DNA from: Fistulifera solaris
Lineage: Eukaryota
DNA: 64,000 bases
Direction: 5' to 3'
NCBI GenBank assembly: GCA_030295235.1
Contig: AP026147.1
Location: forward strand, 62,001 to 126,000
The notes beneath the pieces were generated by a model, which was not told the DNA's origin, searched no databases, and saw nothing but the letters and a program-made list of their open reading frames with translations. Positions 1 to 11,900 of this stretch are shown here, piece by piece (the stretch's first letter is position 1; every line of letters starts with the position of its first letter). A program made the position numbers and the translations under genes.

Positions 1-729
1 AAAGTATGATAAATTGAATGGTTGGAACGAATGGATTTTAACTTACGGGTAGGAACCACACGAACAGTTTTAATCTCTCTGACCTCGAAAATGTGAGCGA
101 GTAAGGAGAAGCTAGACTATAGACTATAGATGATAGTCAGTTTTGTCTATTCAGTCCTGCGGGCACGTCAACTCGGACTTAGAAGCAAGGAGGGCGCATT
201 TGCGGCATAAATGACGTGTGTGAGATTCGGGGATGAAAGAAAGCAGCCTTTGTTATGGAGTTCCGTGGAGTTCCAGCTTCGGGAGGTTGGTGTATAGCCC
301 AATTCGTAGGGCAGAAAGCTAGGAAAGGATGAGAGGTTCGCATTTTTGGTTGTCAAGTTCCTCACTCTGCAACGAATAGTTCTTTCATTATTGCTTTCGA
401 GTCAAATCCAGATTTCAGCAATGAAATTCCGCGATCGTCTTTTGAGCAACACGGAAGGTTTCCTAGTTGAATCTTTGCACATAGCAATGACTTGTGCTGG
501 TGCGACAGGAAATTTCGACGTTGTCGATGATAGGCGTACGTTTCAAAGTGCCCATCAAAGAGACGATCCTGATTGGTCGAGAAGATCTGACAATTGTTGA
601 CTCTTGTCCTGACACGTGACACCATCCTTCCCTTCATTTTCATTGTGGATCGTGTAGAAAGTACTACTCCGCCGACAAACATCCATCAATCTGTCAAAGA
701 ACAAGTACATTAAACGCGATACAAAAATT

Positions 730-754
730 GCGCGAAAAAATTCGAACCTTCAAA
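730..754. promoter_or_regulatory. E2F-like site followed by CHR-like elements
   Basis: GCGCGAAA at 730-737 is the reverse complement of TTTCGCGC and fits the E2F consensus TTTSSCGC. TTCGAA follows at 741-746 and TTCAAA (reverse of CHR TTTGAA) at 749-754, about 110-130 bp upstream of the 861 ORF. Confidence 0.35.
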
Positions 755-860
755 CTCAAAATCTTGGCACCGTTTTCTCTTTCTCACACACCCATCAAAC
801 TCACTTCCTCCATTTCCATCAATCTCATGAGAATGCGTGTCGTGTCAAACGAATAGAATA

Positions 861-1268
861 ATGATGGAAACACGTCAAAAACGACCAGATGCGGCACACC
901 GAAGTCGCTGTGATCTGCTGGAAGTCCCCGCCTCAAATCGTACCTCGAAGAAGATAAGAATAGTCGAGCAACAAGAGCCCGTACATTTGCCCAGTCACCA
1001 GGAGAGTCCACCTTCTTCTTGTTTCTTTCGTGCTATTGACGATGATGATCTTCATGGGGACACATTGACTATAGATTCCCCGAATCCTTCGCTGGTAGCG
1101 ACGAAAATGGAAGTACCACTCGATCAAAGAACGCAATGTGGAGCGATTCTATTCGTGGATGCAACTACCGCGCCCCATTTAATTGCCCAGTGCCCACGAT
1201 TTCCTTCCTTGTCCGACCTAGATCAAGTTCTTAGTCCCCGTGCTTTACCCTGCAACCTCGATCGATGA
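861..1268 (+). CDS. Small disordered hypothetical protein with a C-terminal CPRFPSL...LSPR motif pair
   Basis: Intronless ORF from ATG at 861 (ORF track 837..1268). Shares short motifs with the ORFs at 2750, 3819, 20393 and 31770. No known domain recognised. Confidence 0.55.
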   Translation: MMETRQKRPDAAHRSRCDLLEVPASNRTSKKIRIVEQQEPVHLPSHQESPPSSCFFRAIDDDDLHGDTLTIDSPNPSLVATKMEVPLDQRTQCGAILFVDATTAPHLIAQCPRFPSLSDLDQVLSPRALPCNLDR

Positions 1269-2287
1269 GACGACCTAACAGTTTGCCGGGGGACCAAGAA
1301 ACGAGATACACTGGCAATCTCTTGGGATTGTGAACTCATCGCATTTTCCTTTTCTTGGACCATCTTTTGCTCCTGCTATCTTAATGCTATCTTTCGCTCC
1401 ATTGCTTCCGTCATCAAGCTATTGTTAATACATTAAAATACCCGCTATTTGTGCTGTTTAAGTTATGAACATAGTAATGTTAGCTGCTGGCAACAGGATG
1501 AATGCAATTCAGCTCTGAATACGGTAATTTGGAGCGTGCTTTAGCAGCGAAATTGGATTTCGATTCACATCAAATTGACCCTTGTCGTGAAGATAAAGGA
1601 CGTTCAAATAATTAGTTATTGCATAAATTCCAGTCTTTATGCGGAAGGGCGACTTATTAGTCGGTGTCAACATCGACAGCATCTCCAAAAGGCAGGTGGC
1701 AGGTGCCAAACCTTTTCGGGGAGGTTCCGCGCGAAAATTCATCGGGAATACTCGTCCGGCCATGTACTTTGAAATAGACTCTCCCGACCATTTGCCTAAA
1801 CAAATACGGATACTTAGGATAGGCCAATTACTCCAAAGCCTATTGCTCTTGTATTTATAGCAAACAGGTTGTACTTGAAGAAAAAGTCCTCAAAAATTAC
1901 CGCTATACGAAACAGTAGCTTGTAGACAAGTACGAGGAAAGACGTACGACGCCCGTTTCTGAACATAAGTCATGAGTCATCCATGTTAATCGTGAGTCGT
2001 CGTCGTCAGCATTATGAACGATCTCTTATGACTTGCATTGCGCACGATTTTGGCTCTGCTTCTGCGATCTGCGACAAGCGAATCAGAAGGTTGTTCCAGC
2101 AAACTTTCGTCATGCATTGCTATCATTTATTACCTTGCCCTTTTGTCGCAAAATGCAACTCAGTCGTGAAGGTTACGGGATAACCATTTACAAATATTCT
2201 AGAGCCGTGCTACGAACTTTCACAGTACCCTTAGCAAAAGCTCTAATTAAAACCTTTCCGAGAATCGCGTGAAGAGAATGCAATCAT

Positions 2288-2374
2288 CCATAGCCCATAG
2301 CCCATAGCACGATGATCATCATTCGTGACTCATGACTCATGACTCATGATTCATCATTCATCATTCATCATTCA
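2288..2374. repeat. Heptamer tandem-repeat mosaic
   Basis: (CCATAGC)x3 at 2288-2308, then in one phase TGACTCA x3, TGATTCA, TCATTCA x3 at 2326-2374. Confidence 0.9.
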
Positions 2375-2749
2375 TTCATCATTATTTTGTGAATGTCGGA
2401 GAGGTTAAGGCTACTTACATGAGATTCGATTGTTTGGGTAAGTTACTTAGCGTTATAGTGACTAAGTATTCGATGGATTTAACGGTTCAACTGTTATATT
2501 TAGGTTGACATGTTCGATATTTAGATATAAATACTTATCCTATACTGTAGCAGGCAGTAAATTTGGGCCTTTTCGAACGTCATAAGAACCATAAGATTTG
2601 TTTATAGATTCGCGCAAAAGTTCGAATCATCGAAAGAAGAAAAGAAGCTTTGCACAAAGCTTTCGAAGAATTCTGCACCAACACCCATCACAAGCAAACG
2701 TCGCCTGTGTTTAGGAGTCCATTTCATTTGAATATTTCATTTGAATGCA

Positions 2750-3244
2750 ATGAAAGGAGCGGCTTCTGTATCAGAATTATCGATGTCCGTGTTAGGGGAA
2801 GCGGCCCGAAATTCCGCGCTTCCATTGATGCCATTCCTTGACACAGCGGAAAAGCATGATTCTTATCAATCGAATCAACTTCCCACGTCAACTCTGAAGC
2901 CGAGAACGACGCTTCATTTCAAACGGAAACGGAAGTTCGCTTCACTTGATCCTGAAGAGGAAAGGAAGACATGCGTTGTGCATACACCGAAGTTTTCGTT
3001 CGCTTGCTTGTCGGCTGTTGAGGGTTCCAACAAGCGAGATTCTAAAGCAGTCATCGAACAAACGGAAGGGAACGGAAGCAAGAGACCGAAGAACTATTGC
3101 AACTCGGAATTTTTACGTATCGGAAAAGACGGGACGTCGTCAATACTCTTACCGAGAGATTTACGTCGAGAAACTCCTGATCGAGTCATCAACTTGCGTC
3201 CACGAAAGACAAGAGATTCAGTTGCGAGCTTGCTCGATTTTTGA
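2750..3244 (+). CDS. Small basic disordered hypothetical protein (LPLMPFL, LKPR, LRPRK motifs; KRKRK NLS-like)
   Basis: Intronless ORF (track 2741..3244) with ATG at 2750. Motif sharing with neighbouring small ORFs. Confidence 0.6.
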   Translation: MKGAASVSELSMSVLGEAARNSALPLMPFLDTAEKHDSYQSNQLPTSTLKPRTTLHFKRKRKFASLDPEEERKTCVVHTPKFSFACLSAVEGSNKRDSKAVIEQTEGNGSKRPKNYCNSEFLRIGKDGTSSILLPRDLRRETPDRVINLRPRKTRDSVASLLDF

Positions 3245-3818
3245 GAGGTTAAATGTTTACATTTACATCTATAATTTTAAGATAACCATGAACAGTTTTG
3301 TTAAGTAAGACTGAATCAAGTTTAAGCAATCTACTCGAGAGGTAGGGTCACGTTTCTAGACCCGTAACGCCTGAAAGAACACGCAACCGTATTCTCGTCT
3401 TCCCCATTCGTTGCTTCATCTCAGGTTAGCTAGACGTTAAACTTGCTTTCTACTCTACCAAGCAAGCCCAACTGGGGAATGAGTAGGAGAAAGCAGAACC
3501 AGAAACCTGAAAGGAACTTGCCATTCCTTGTATACGGAGTAGGTGTAAGGAGTTAGATACTTCGTATCTTTCTTGCGTATGTCCTTGCGAGTAAATGGCC
3601 CATCGATTTCGGTTATCCTCGAAGAATCTAGTGTATCACGTTTAGGTAATAAGATGGGTCTCGTCTTTCCGTTTCTCGTCCGTTACGACTAACGACGCCA
3701 CATTCCATCCGATGAGATGACTTTCCCGATCTTGTTGCATCTCTCATTATTTTCTCATTCAGCGAAAAGAGCAAAACATTGACCACTTTGTAGCAACAAA
3801 GGAAGCCGTGCGTAAACG

Positions 3819-4223
3819 ATGCCGAAAATAAGAGCAATAGTCGAGCTCGAAGCCTGCAAGACGCCTCCGCCTCCGTCGGACCGATCAGCCCCACCACCAA
3901 GCCGAAAAACGTATCGTACAAATGATGATGGCCGAATGAAGTCTTCTTCAACAACATTCTTGCCCATCCAATCCGAGGAAGAAACGGGTTACTTTCACGA
4001 CGAAGGAATTTCTGCACAGAATCCGCTACGATTCCGAGCCCTTTCCTTGTCAAGATCTACTGAAATATCGAATGCAACTCCCTCCGACAATAAGATTAAC
4101 TACTTCATCACTGCAAGTGATGTGACTCCAACTTGGCCTTTGATACCCAAATTATGCGAGTTCGACGAGTCCTCGAGTGACAATCGTCCTCGTTTGGAGA
4201 TGCGAACTTCGCCACGACGTTGA
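3819..4223 (+). CDS. Small disordered hypothetical protein (CKTPPPP...APPPSRK; WPLIPKL...LEMR)
   Basis: 134-aa ATG-initiated ORF, rich in Pro/Ser/Thr. Motif sharing with 20393..20788. Confidence 0.6.
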   Translation: MPKIRAIVELEACKTPPPPSDRSAPPPSRKTYRTNDDGRMKSSSTTFLPIQSEEETGYFHDEGISAQNPLRFRALSLSRSTEISNATPSDNKINYFITASDVTPTWPLIPKLCEFDESSSDNRPRLEMRTSPRR

Positions 4224-4715
4224 GGAATATTCCTCCGGACATTGCTTCTTCGTTTTTACTTTTTAACTCTACATCTTCGTAACTCGATAGACTACCGTTT
4301 TTGCATGCTATCCTTGTTCATTCACCTGCTTCATTCAATTGCTCGGAGATGCTTTTTCATCATGCACATGATGGAATTTTTGGGTCGACTTTCGCGTTTT
4401 GTAAACGGCTTTCCGTAACATAGCAAAACGTCATCCAACACAAATACACAAGAAGCGTTCTGTTTCTATGTTTCCGAACATCCGAAAAGTTTTACTTTCG
4501 CTGTGACAAGGGGTGTGGGGGTGGGGGACATCGCCGAAAATTAGGACTTCGATGATTTTACTATAGGCTAGAAAGGGCTAAATCAAGAAAAACGACAAAC
4601 AGGGGCTATTACTTTTTGCGCAGTGAAAAGAGGATTTTATACAATCTCGTATCACGGAAGTCTGCTGTTTTGGGGGTTTAATTGCAAAGGCATAATACAT
4701 TTCGTCTTCTGTATA

Positions 4716-6749
4716 AACCGGGTCCGTATCACGGCACCGACGTAATGATGACGTCAACCAAAATGTCACTGCGACATCAATCAAAGCTTCCCATTTGCTC
4801 CACGTGTAACCTTTTCACGACACTTTTTTGAAAAGGATCACGGCCCGGCTTGCTCGCGATTCGGCCGTTTCTTTTTCAATTCTCGAAGAGCCGGCCGGTC
4901 TTTCGTTTTTCAAACGACCGCAAGCATCGATCGTTCAAACTCTCACAATACAACAGTCGTCACATCTTTCTTGCTTTGTTTCGGTGCTTTGTTTCGCGTA
5001 AAGTATTTGTTCCTTCTTATTGTTGTCTCTAAACTTCAAAAGCCCCGCTCACTGTATTTGGCTTTACAGGTCCTGCTCCTGCCAAATATTCGAGGCAATC
5101 GATTGTCTTCGCTTGGTGTCGTCCGTCGTCCTGTTTCTTCCGTCAGTCGCGAATCATCTATATCGCAGCCATCATAGTTCTTCAATGAAGTTGCTATCTG
5201 AATTAGGTGACAGGCTATTTGAATAGACCTTGAAGGCTTGGTTACGCTGTCGTTTTTTTTTTCTCGGTACGTCGTTGTTTTAGTAGTCAGTCCGTTGCCG
5301 AATTGATCGTTCGTTTGTGATTATTTGACCTATGCTTCACATAAATGGATATTTCTCTACTAACTTAAAAAAAGCCGATGCGTTGGTAGATGGTGTCGAT
5401 CGTGATCCGTGTGAAAGGCTTATGCACTTACAGCTTTTGCCAATGTAACGAGCTATTGCTAATCTTTATTAATTTAAATACTCCGTAATATTCAACTCGC
5501 TTTCTGTTAAGGAGTGCTTAACCTTTACAAAACATGCCTTTCAAATCTTGTTATAGCTTTGTGAGAATGTTATTCTTGATGCTTTGCCAGAAAAAGACCT
5601 TTTCTTTTGAAGTCGCCGAGCCGAGTGCGTCGGATGAAACATGGCGCAACATCGTAAACATTATGGAGTAGTTGATAGGCATTCTTTTCGCGATTCAAAC
5701 AATGATTATTAATATTTAAATGGCTATTTGTGTATTTGATTTCGGAACTAGAAGCGCAGCATGAGACTGCTGTGGATCTCGACATCAGCAACAGACCGAG
5801 CAAACCAGCCAATTTCGCAGGCCAGCATTACCGATCAACAAACCTTTCACCAGTTCAGAATCTGGTATTACTACATTGAGCCGGCCAGCCACCGAAACTT
5901 GGATCAAACAGGCGATGAATCCACGGAATTATCGATACACGTGTTAACCGACGAGAAAACGCCAGAAAAACTCTTACGATAAACTTCAATCAAGAACTCA
6001 TCAATTAACAAGCAACCGATGTATTGTAAAGGTGAAAGAATTGATTGATCGTTGGTACTAACATCACGGAGCAAAGCTATCTTTCTGCAAGAAGATTATA
6101 CAACGATGTGAGATGAATGACCATGAATAACGATTCGAGAATAGCGGAAACACAACTTACGCAACCGTGTAGCCAGAGTTTATTCATAACGAATTGATTG
6201 CAGCCGAGCTCCAAATCACTGATCAATATGGTCGACGTAAGGAAAATCTTATACGTCTTGAGGTCGACGCTGCAATCGGTTTCATTGTTACCTGCCGACT
6301 GAAAAGAGGGAGCCAAAAACGATGAGAGAGGCGTGCCAATCGCGACCCAAGACAAACGATGAATGAACGTTAACTTACGCGATTAAACAAATAGAAACAG
6401 GAAAAACAGATCCATTATGAGCATTGTGTAGTGAGGATTGGAGAGGTTGTGAGTTAGTTGTGAGTTGTGACGAATGTGACGACTGTTTGACGAAAACGTT
6501 GTTTTTTCGGACTTTGGATCGAGTTCGGATTTCAGATGGCAGTTTGTATCGTCTCTAAGTGTTCCCTTAAATAACAAATTTCAATTAGAATGCAACGGAA
6601 AACATTTGAAAGTCAAGTCTAAAGCCGGCTTGCTCGAATTGAAAGGAGTAAATCGGTTGACGGAAGGTCGATTTCGGATGGGAGGATTGACCAAACGGTA
6701 CTGCATCTTGACGTCATCATTACGTCGGTGCCGTGATACGGACCCGGTT
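4716..6749. mobile_element. Non-autonomous DNA transposon (2034 bp) with 42-bp perfect terminal inverted repeats and probable TA target-site duplication
   Basis: AACCGGGTCCGTATCACGGCACCGACGTAATGATGACGTCAA at 4716-4757 is the exact reverse complement of 6708-6749. TA flanks both ends (4714-4715 and 6750-6751). The interior has no long ORF. Confidence 0.9.
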
Positions 6750-7660
6750 TAAAATCCATTGGATAGTACGGAGTAAAACTTTTCCGCCATACAGGCGTCA
6801 GCCACCATCCCCTTGTCTTCTTGTCGCACCATGAATCATCTATGCAAAAATAATTTTGTTCAACGGCTCATTTTTGCACCAAACTTCCGAAGATACTCGA
6901 TGGATCCAACGAAGACTGCATTAGTTTCTCAATAAGGCCTTCGTATCATCACTAGCTAGAGAACCTTTTTGCGTCATAAAATTCATTCCATTCATCGTCT
7001 CCTCAATTGGAATGCAGTACACTGGATCCACGATAGCCTGACTGACAAACTAACGTGTTGTCCGGAGGCCATTCACAGTGGTATGGACAGTCGACCAGGC
7101 GCGCCAAACAAGTCGAGACTGTGGAATTTCAGTAAAGTAAGAACGGCCTTGAAAAGCCTTCAAACTTTAGGAAGAGACTGTTCCGAATAGCCTATGTGAT
7201 GGAATTGTCGTCGGAATCAACTGAATAGCCCATACACAATCTTGACATTCCGTCAGTGACTCTCTGGCGTGTCTTCAAGGGCCTCTTATTAAGTACTGTT
7301 ACAGGCCATTGAGGCGTGACCGAAAGCGCCAATCAACGGCCTCTTGGTTATTGTTTTCGTTTCCAGTGGTTTTGCGAAGCAAAAACGTTGGCGTTTTGCC
7401 TTGTGTTTGTTACCTATTCAATCGAGGCATTCGTATGGACTGCATCCTCTCCTTGAGCCAGAGTCAAGCTTTCATTCACAGGTAAGTGATATCTTATGAT
7501 TGCGAAGCAACAAGCGACGCCCACCAGTCTGGAGAGACGGGTGGGCGGACGGTTGTGACTTTCTTTGTCTTCCAAGAAAAAAAGATCGTACCTTCTTCTT
7601 TTTTTGAATCTCATTCTATCAGTTTCATTTGTATCAACAGAGAACAACAACAATAATACT

Positions 7661-8820
7661 ATGAGCTCCTCCGAAACAGACGAGAAACCGTGGGGCGATG
7701 TCGTCTTGGCATCCCTGGCGGTGCAAGTCATTACGTTTTCCGGATTGTTGTTGGTGGCCTTTTCGGCCATTTGTCACAACAAGGGTCAAACAGTGGCGCA
7801 TTTGCAATCCTTTTTGGTGCCAGCCTTTGCGGCCGGAGCCCTGGGAGCGACCACGGTCTTTTGTTGATTCCGGAAGCCTTATTGTTGTTGCAAGCTGGCA
7901 CTGCCGAAGGGCATGCCGAAGAAAGTCATGCGGCGGAAGGCAATACGACCGAAGAAGAGGGCCATGAAGGACACGATCATCTGCTGTTGTTGCGTCGTTT
8001 CTTAGAAGAACATGCCGAGGAAGAAGAACATGCCGAAGAAGAAGAGAATAGTTCGTACATGTGGATGTTTGGTGTTGCCGTCTTGGCCGGATTTCTGTTA
8101 CCGGTCCTCATTTCGACATTCTTTCCTTCCGTCGATCCGGCAGAATGTGAAGTGTGTGCGGCTACCGCACAAGAACAAGACAAATTGGCCGGGATTGATG
8201 AAATAGAAGAAGAAGAAGAAGATAACAACAGTTATCCCAAATCGAATATGGAAACAGTCGATATGAACTGTGAAGAAGGAGTGTGCGGACATTCTCCCAG
8301 TGATCACAATGCACCAAAGACTCCCACACACGGCGTCCGCAACTGGTCACTGGTGGCCAGTATTTCCGTCGGTGATGCCTTGCACAACTTCACTGATGGT
8401 GTCTTTTTGGGAAATGCCTTTTTATTGTGTGGTCGATCCGTGGCGTACACCATGGTGGCCACCACCATTTATCACGAACTGGCGCAAGAAATTTCCGATT
8501 TGGGTTTGTTGACCAATCATTGTGGCTTGCCGTTGTGGTTGGCCTTAGTGATCAACTTTTTCACCGGGTCTTCGACCTTGATTGGAGCGTTGCTCGTCTT
8601 GAGCTTGGATATTTCGGAAAAAGCGACCGGTATCTTCTTGGCCATGAGTGCGGGTGTGTACGTGAATATTTTCGCATGTGAATGCATGCCGCGTGTTCAG
8701 GAGCAATTGAAGTCACCCTCCAGGACGTTGCAGTTCCTCGTGTCGTTCGCCCTGGGGGCGGTTCCGATTGGGCTAGTGCTTCTAAATCATGGACATTGTG
8801 AAGAAGGGCATGATCATTAA
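7661..8820 (+). CDS. ZIP family (LIV-1-like) divalent metal transporter, about 386 aa, one frameshift at the T run 7859-7862
   Basis: TM4/TM5 signatures GDALHNFTDG and HELAQEISD, several hydrophobic helices, His/Glu-rich loop (EEEGHEGHDH) and C-terminal HGHCEEGHDH. The N-terminal helices (PWGDVVLASL..., AFAAGAL...) lie in the 7565 frame and join the 7690 frame if one T is added. Confidence 0.92.
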
Positions 8821-8970
8821 AGTCATAATAACGTTCATACTGTGCACGACGCGCGCTTCTTACTGAAAAGCGAAGGCTATGTATATGTTTAGAACTCATG
8901 TCACATGAAAACACTTATAACATTATCATATCGTTACATTTACACAAACAAATTAACTTTTTTATTCCTT

Positions 8971-11900
8971 TCAATAGTAAGGACGACGATGGACCTTACG
9001 TTCCTCGTTTTGACGAAGACCTTTTAAAATACTCTGCAATTGCTGAAATTTGACTTCATTGGAAGATGCAGCACTGTCGATTTCCAATTCATCTTCGGAC
9101 GATTCATCAAAATCAAACAAGTCATCCTCGTCTTCCTCCATATCGTCGTCATCATCATCGTCGTCATCTGCCAAGGCATACGTTTGTCTTTGTGGTGAGC
9201 GAGGAGAAACTGTTTTGGCACGATCATTCGTTACCCGGTCAATGAATTCCTCATGGGCCGAATCGTACTCCTGATCACGCTGGAAATAGCGTCGGTTTGT
9301 CGAAGCCGCTTGGCGCCGTTCATGGATGCCACTAGCACTTGTCACCGATGAAGGGTGACTGTATCCTGAAGACGACTGCTGATCACGAACCGGGGACAGT
9401 TCGCGACGTTGCAACTGCAGCCGATTTTTGAATGTGTGCAATTCCATACCGAGACGCTCTTGCGAATTGCGAATTGCCGCGGATGCTTTCAGAGCCTGAT
9501 CTAGCTGATAGCGCAAACTGCGAGCTTTTTGCGATGGAGTTGTGGTCTCAGAGCCGAATGATGTCACCGGATTTACATCTTCGTCCGATTCATCGACGAC
9601 ATTCTCTGAACGATATCTGACTCCACGCTCTCCATCACGCGCAAAATGCAAGTGGTCTTTTCCCCATAGAAGAGAGGCGTTTGGGTAGTTCTGACAGAAA
9701 GGAGCCACCGGAAGTAGAGCTTTGTTCGGATCTTTGATCAGTAACATCAATAATTTCGACATCCTTGTTCATACTGGGCTGTGAGAGCTTTTGGTCGTCC
9801 AGGATCACCATGTTCTTAACAATATTATCGAATCGGGAGAAAAGATGATCAATATCCACTGGATCCGTGTCCGAAGAGGTTATTGACGCATCGCCGTTCG
9901 TTGATTTGGAACTATTGGCACGGATACGATCGAGCGTTTTGCGAAGCGAAGCCGATTGTGTTGCTTCTTTTCGTCTTGCGAAGCTTGACTTTCTTCGTGA
10001 TATATCGATGCAACGACATCGCCTTCAGCTTTGCTATTGCCGTATTCCGAACAGGCTCCGTCTTTTCTGATGCAGATTCTTTGACAGCTTCTCCTCGACT
10101 TGGCGACGACGAACTTAAGGCCAACGAAGGAGACTTGGGAGAAGACAGCAACGGTTCCTCTCCTTCGGATCGAGTTAAGGCAAGTAACAGGCTTGAACCA
10201 TCTGCCTCAGTGGAAGAATCATCGTCAGAAACGATTTCCATTAATTGATAATCGTTGTTGTCCCCTTTATCCTTCTGAGTCGACGGAGGATCCGATGGTT
10301 TATGATCTGCGCTCGCCTTTTCGATTGATTCAAAGCTCTCACTAGCACAGTTGCTTGTTGCCGTTGATGTCATTGATAAGGTACCCGAAAACGATGCAGG
10401 CCGTCTCGTAAACGAGCTATTTGACCTTATCTCGTCTCGTCTAAGCTTTCTTTGCTGAAGTTTCTTCATCAAGCTTGACGTGTACATTTGCGGTTTCTGT
10501 TCCAAGATCGGTGAGATTCGAGGCCTTGGAGCGGACGCAGAACGTTGTTGTGTTCCGGCAAAGGTTGGCGAAGCGTCTTTTTTCTGCCTGGTAGTTATTC
10601 CTAGAGTACCGCAAGGATCGATTCCGTCCATATTCTTTGGCATGATGTGTGCAGCATTGTTGTCATGAGCGGGAGACAAGCAAGGAAAGAATCCCAACGG
10701 ATCTATATCGGTAAGCTCGTTATGACTGACAGCTTCTGCCGTGACCAATGCCGTTAACGGCGCGTCGGCAGTCCGTGATTCGCTGATGTCTGGGCCCACA
10801 TCATCACTCTGTGAAGCGGATACCATTGGTTCGACTTGCTCCTTCATCTCAACCTGATTGCCCCCAACCAGCGCCCCATCGTCATCCAATAGACGGTTCT
10901 CCACTGCATTCAAACGCTGGCTTGTAACAACTGGCTTACCACTAACTTCTATTTGTTCGTTCGTTTCAGCTATGGCTGCAGTCGCTGGCAGAGTTTCATC
11001 TGTTGCCTCTACCGTTGGTATTGTGCCAGTAACGACTTCTTCACCTTGTACAATGATGAGGTTTTCCGTAATGCTTGGAACGGCCACACCAAGTACCACA
11101 CTTGAGTTATACTTATCCGAGTACAATCTTTCCAAGCCTCTCTCAAATGTACCCGAAGACAAGATACGCATTAAACTCTCCTCATCGCCTTCGCCTTGTT
11201 CCGTCTGACAATCCTCTTCGATTCTGCTTTCTTCAATAACTGGTAGCTTGAATGGTGTATTTACTTCGGCACCTGCTGCTTCCAGTGAAAAGGAGCTACT
11301 TTGAGATTCAAGACGCGGCGAATGCTCATCAAAGACTTCGGTAATACTTTTTTCACTTGCGTTTGATGGCGTGCTTGTAATGAATGTGAACTTAGTCGGC
11401 AATCCCTTTTCTTCTTTGGGGCTTGGGCCATCCTCCGGTGAAGCGCTTACGTCAATGATCACTTCCGCTGATACGTCGTGGCTGGTAACTGGAACAGCTG
11501 AGGTACTGACAGAAACAGTAGAGTTTGGTCCGATTATCGGATCCACAGTGTCAATTGTCTCCACCTTTGATTCAACTGTATTTGCTGAATAAGATTTCAA
11601 AAGATTTTCATTATGATGCCTCGAATCAGATGACGATGAGCTCTTTGAAGGTGATAATAACGGATATTCTTCGCGCTCCACTGAACACTCTTCAGCACTC
11701 GACGATACCGAGTGACTTTTCTCGTACGAGTTGGTTGGAAGATGACCTTCCGTAATCAGCTGTAAGCTCTCTTCCCAAGAGCTGTCGAGATGTTGCTGCG
11801 ACGAAGATAAACCCACGCGACAGTCTTCTTCAGTAGCGACAATTAACTCTTCTGGCATATCAGGTTGATCCTCGACGTCAAAGGAGCCGCATTTTATCGC

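Noticed and set aside
168..686. Minus-strand ORFs divergent from the 861 gene
   Set aside because: Short, broken across frames and without a recognisable motif. They may be a decayed gene but this cannot be supported.
1497..2289. Possible terminal inverted repeats (GGATGAATGCAATTC and GAATGCAATCATCC) around a gene-free tract
   Set aside because: Only about 14 bp with mismatches and no clear target-site duplication, which is compatible with chance.
2288..2374. CRISPR array or telomeric repeat
   Set aside because: There is no constant repeat with unique spacers, and the units are not TTAGGG-like.
4509..4528. G-quadruplex motif
   Set aside because: Only three long G tracts are present.
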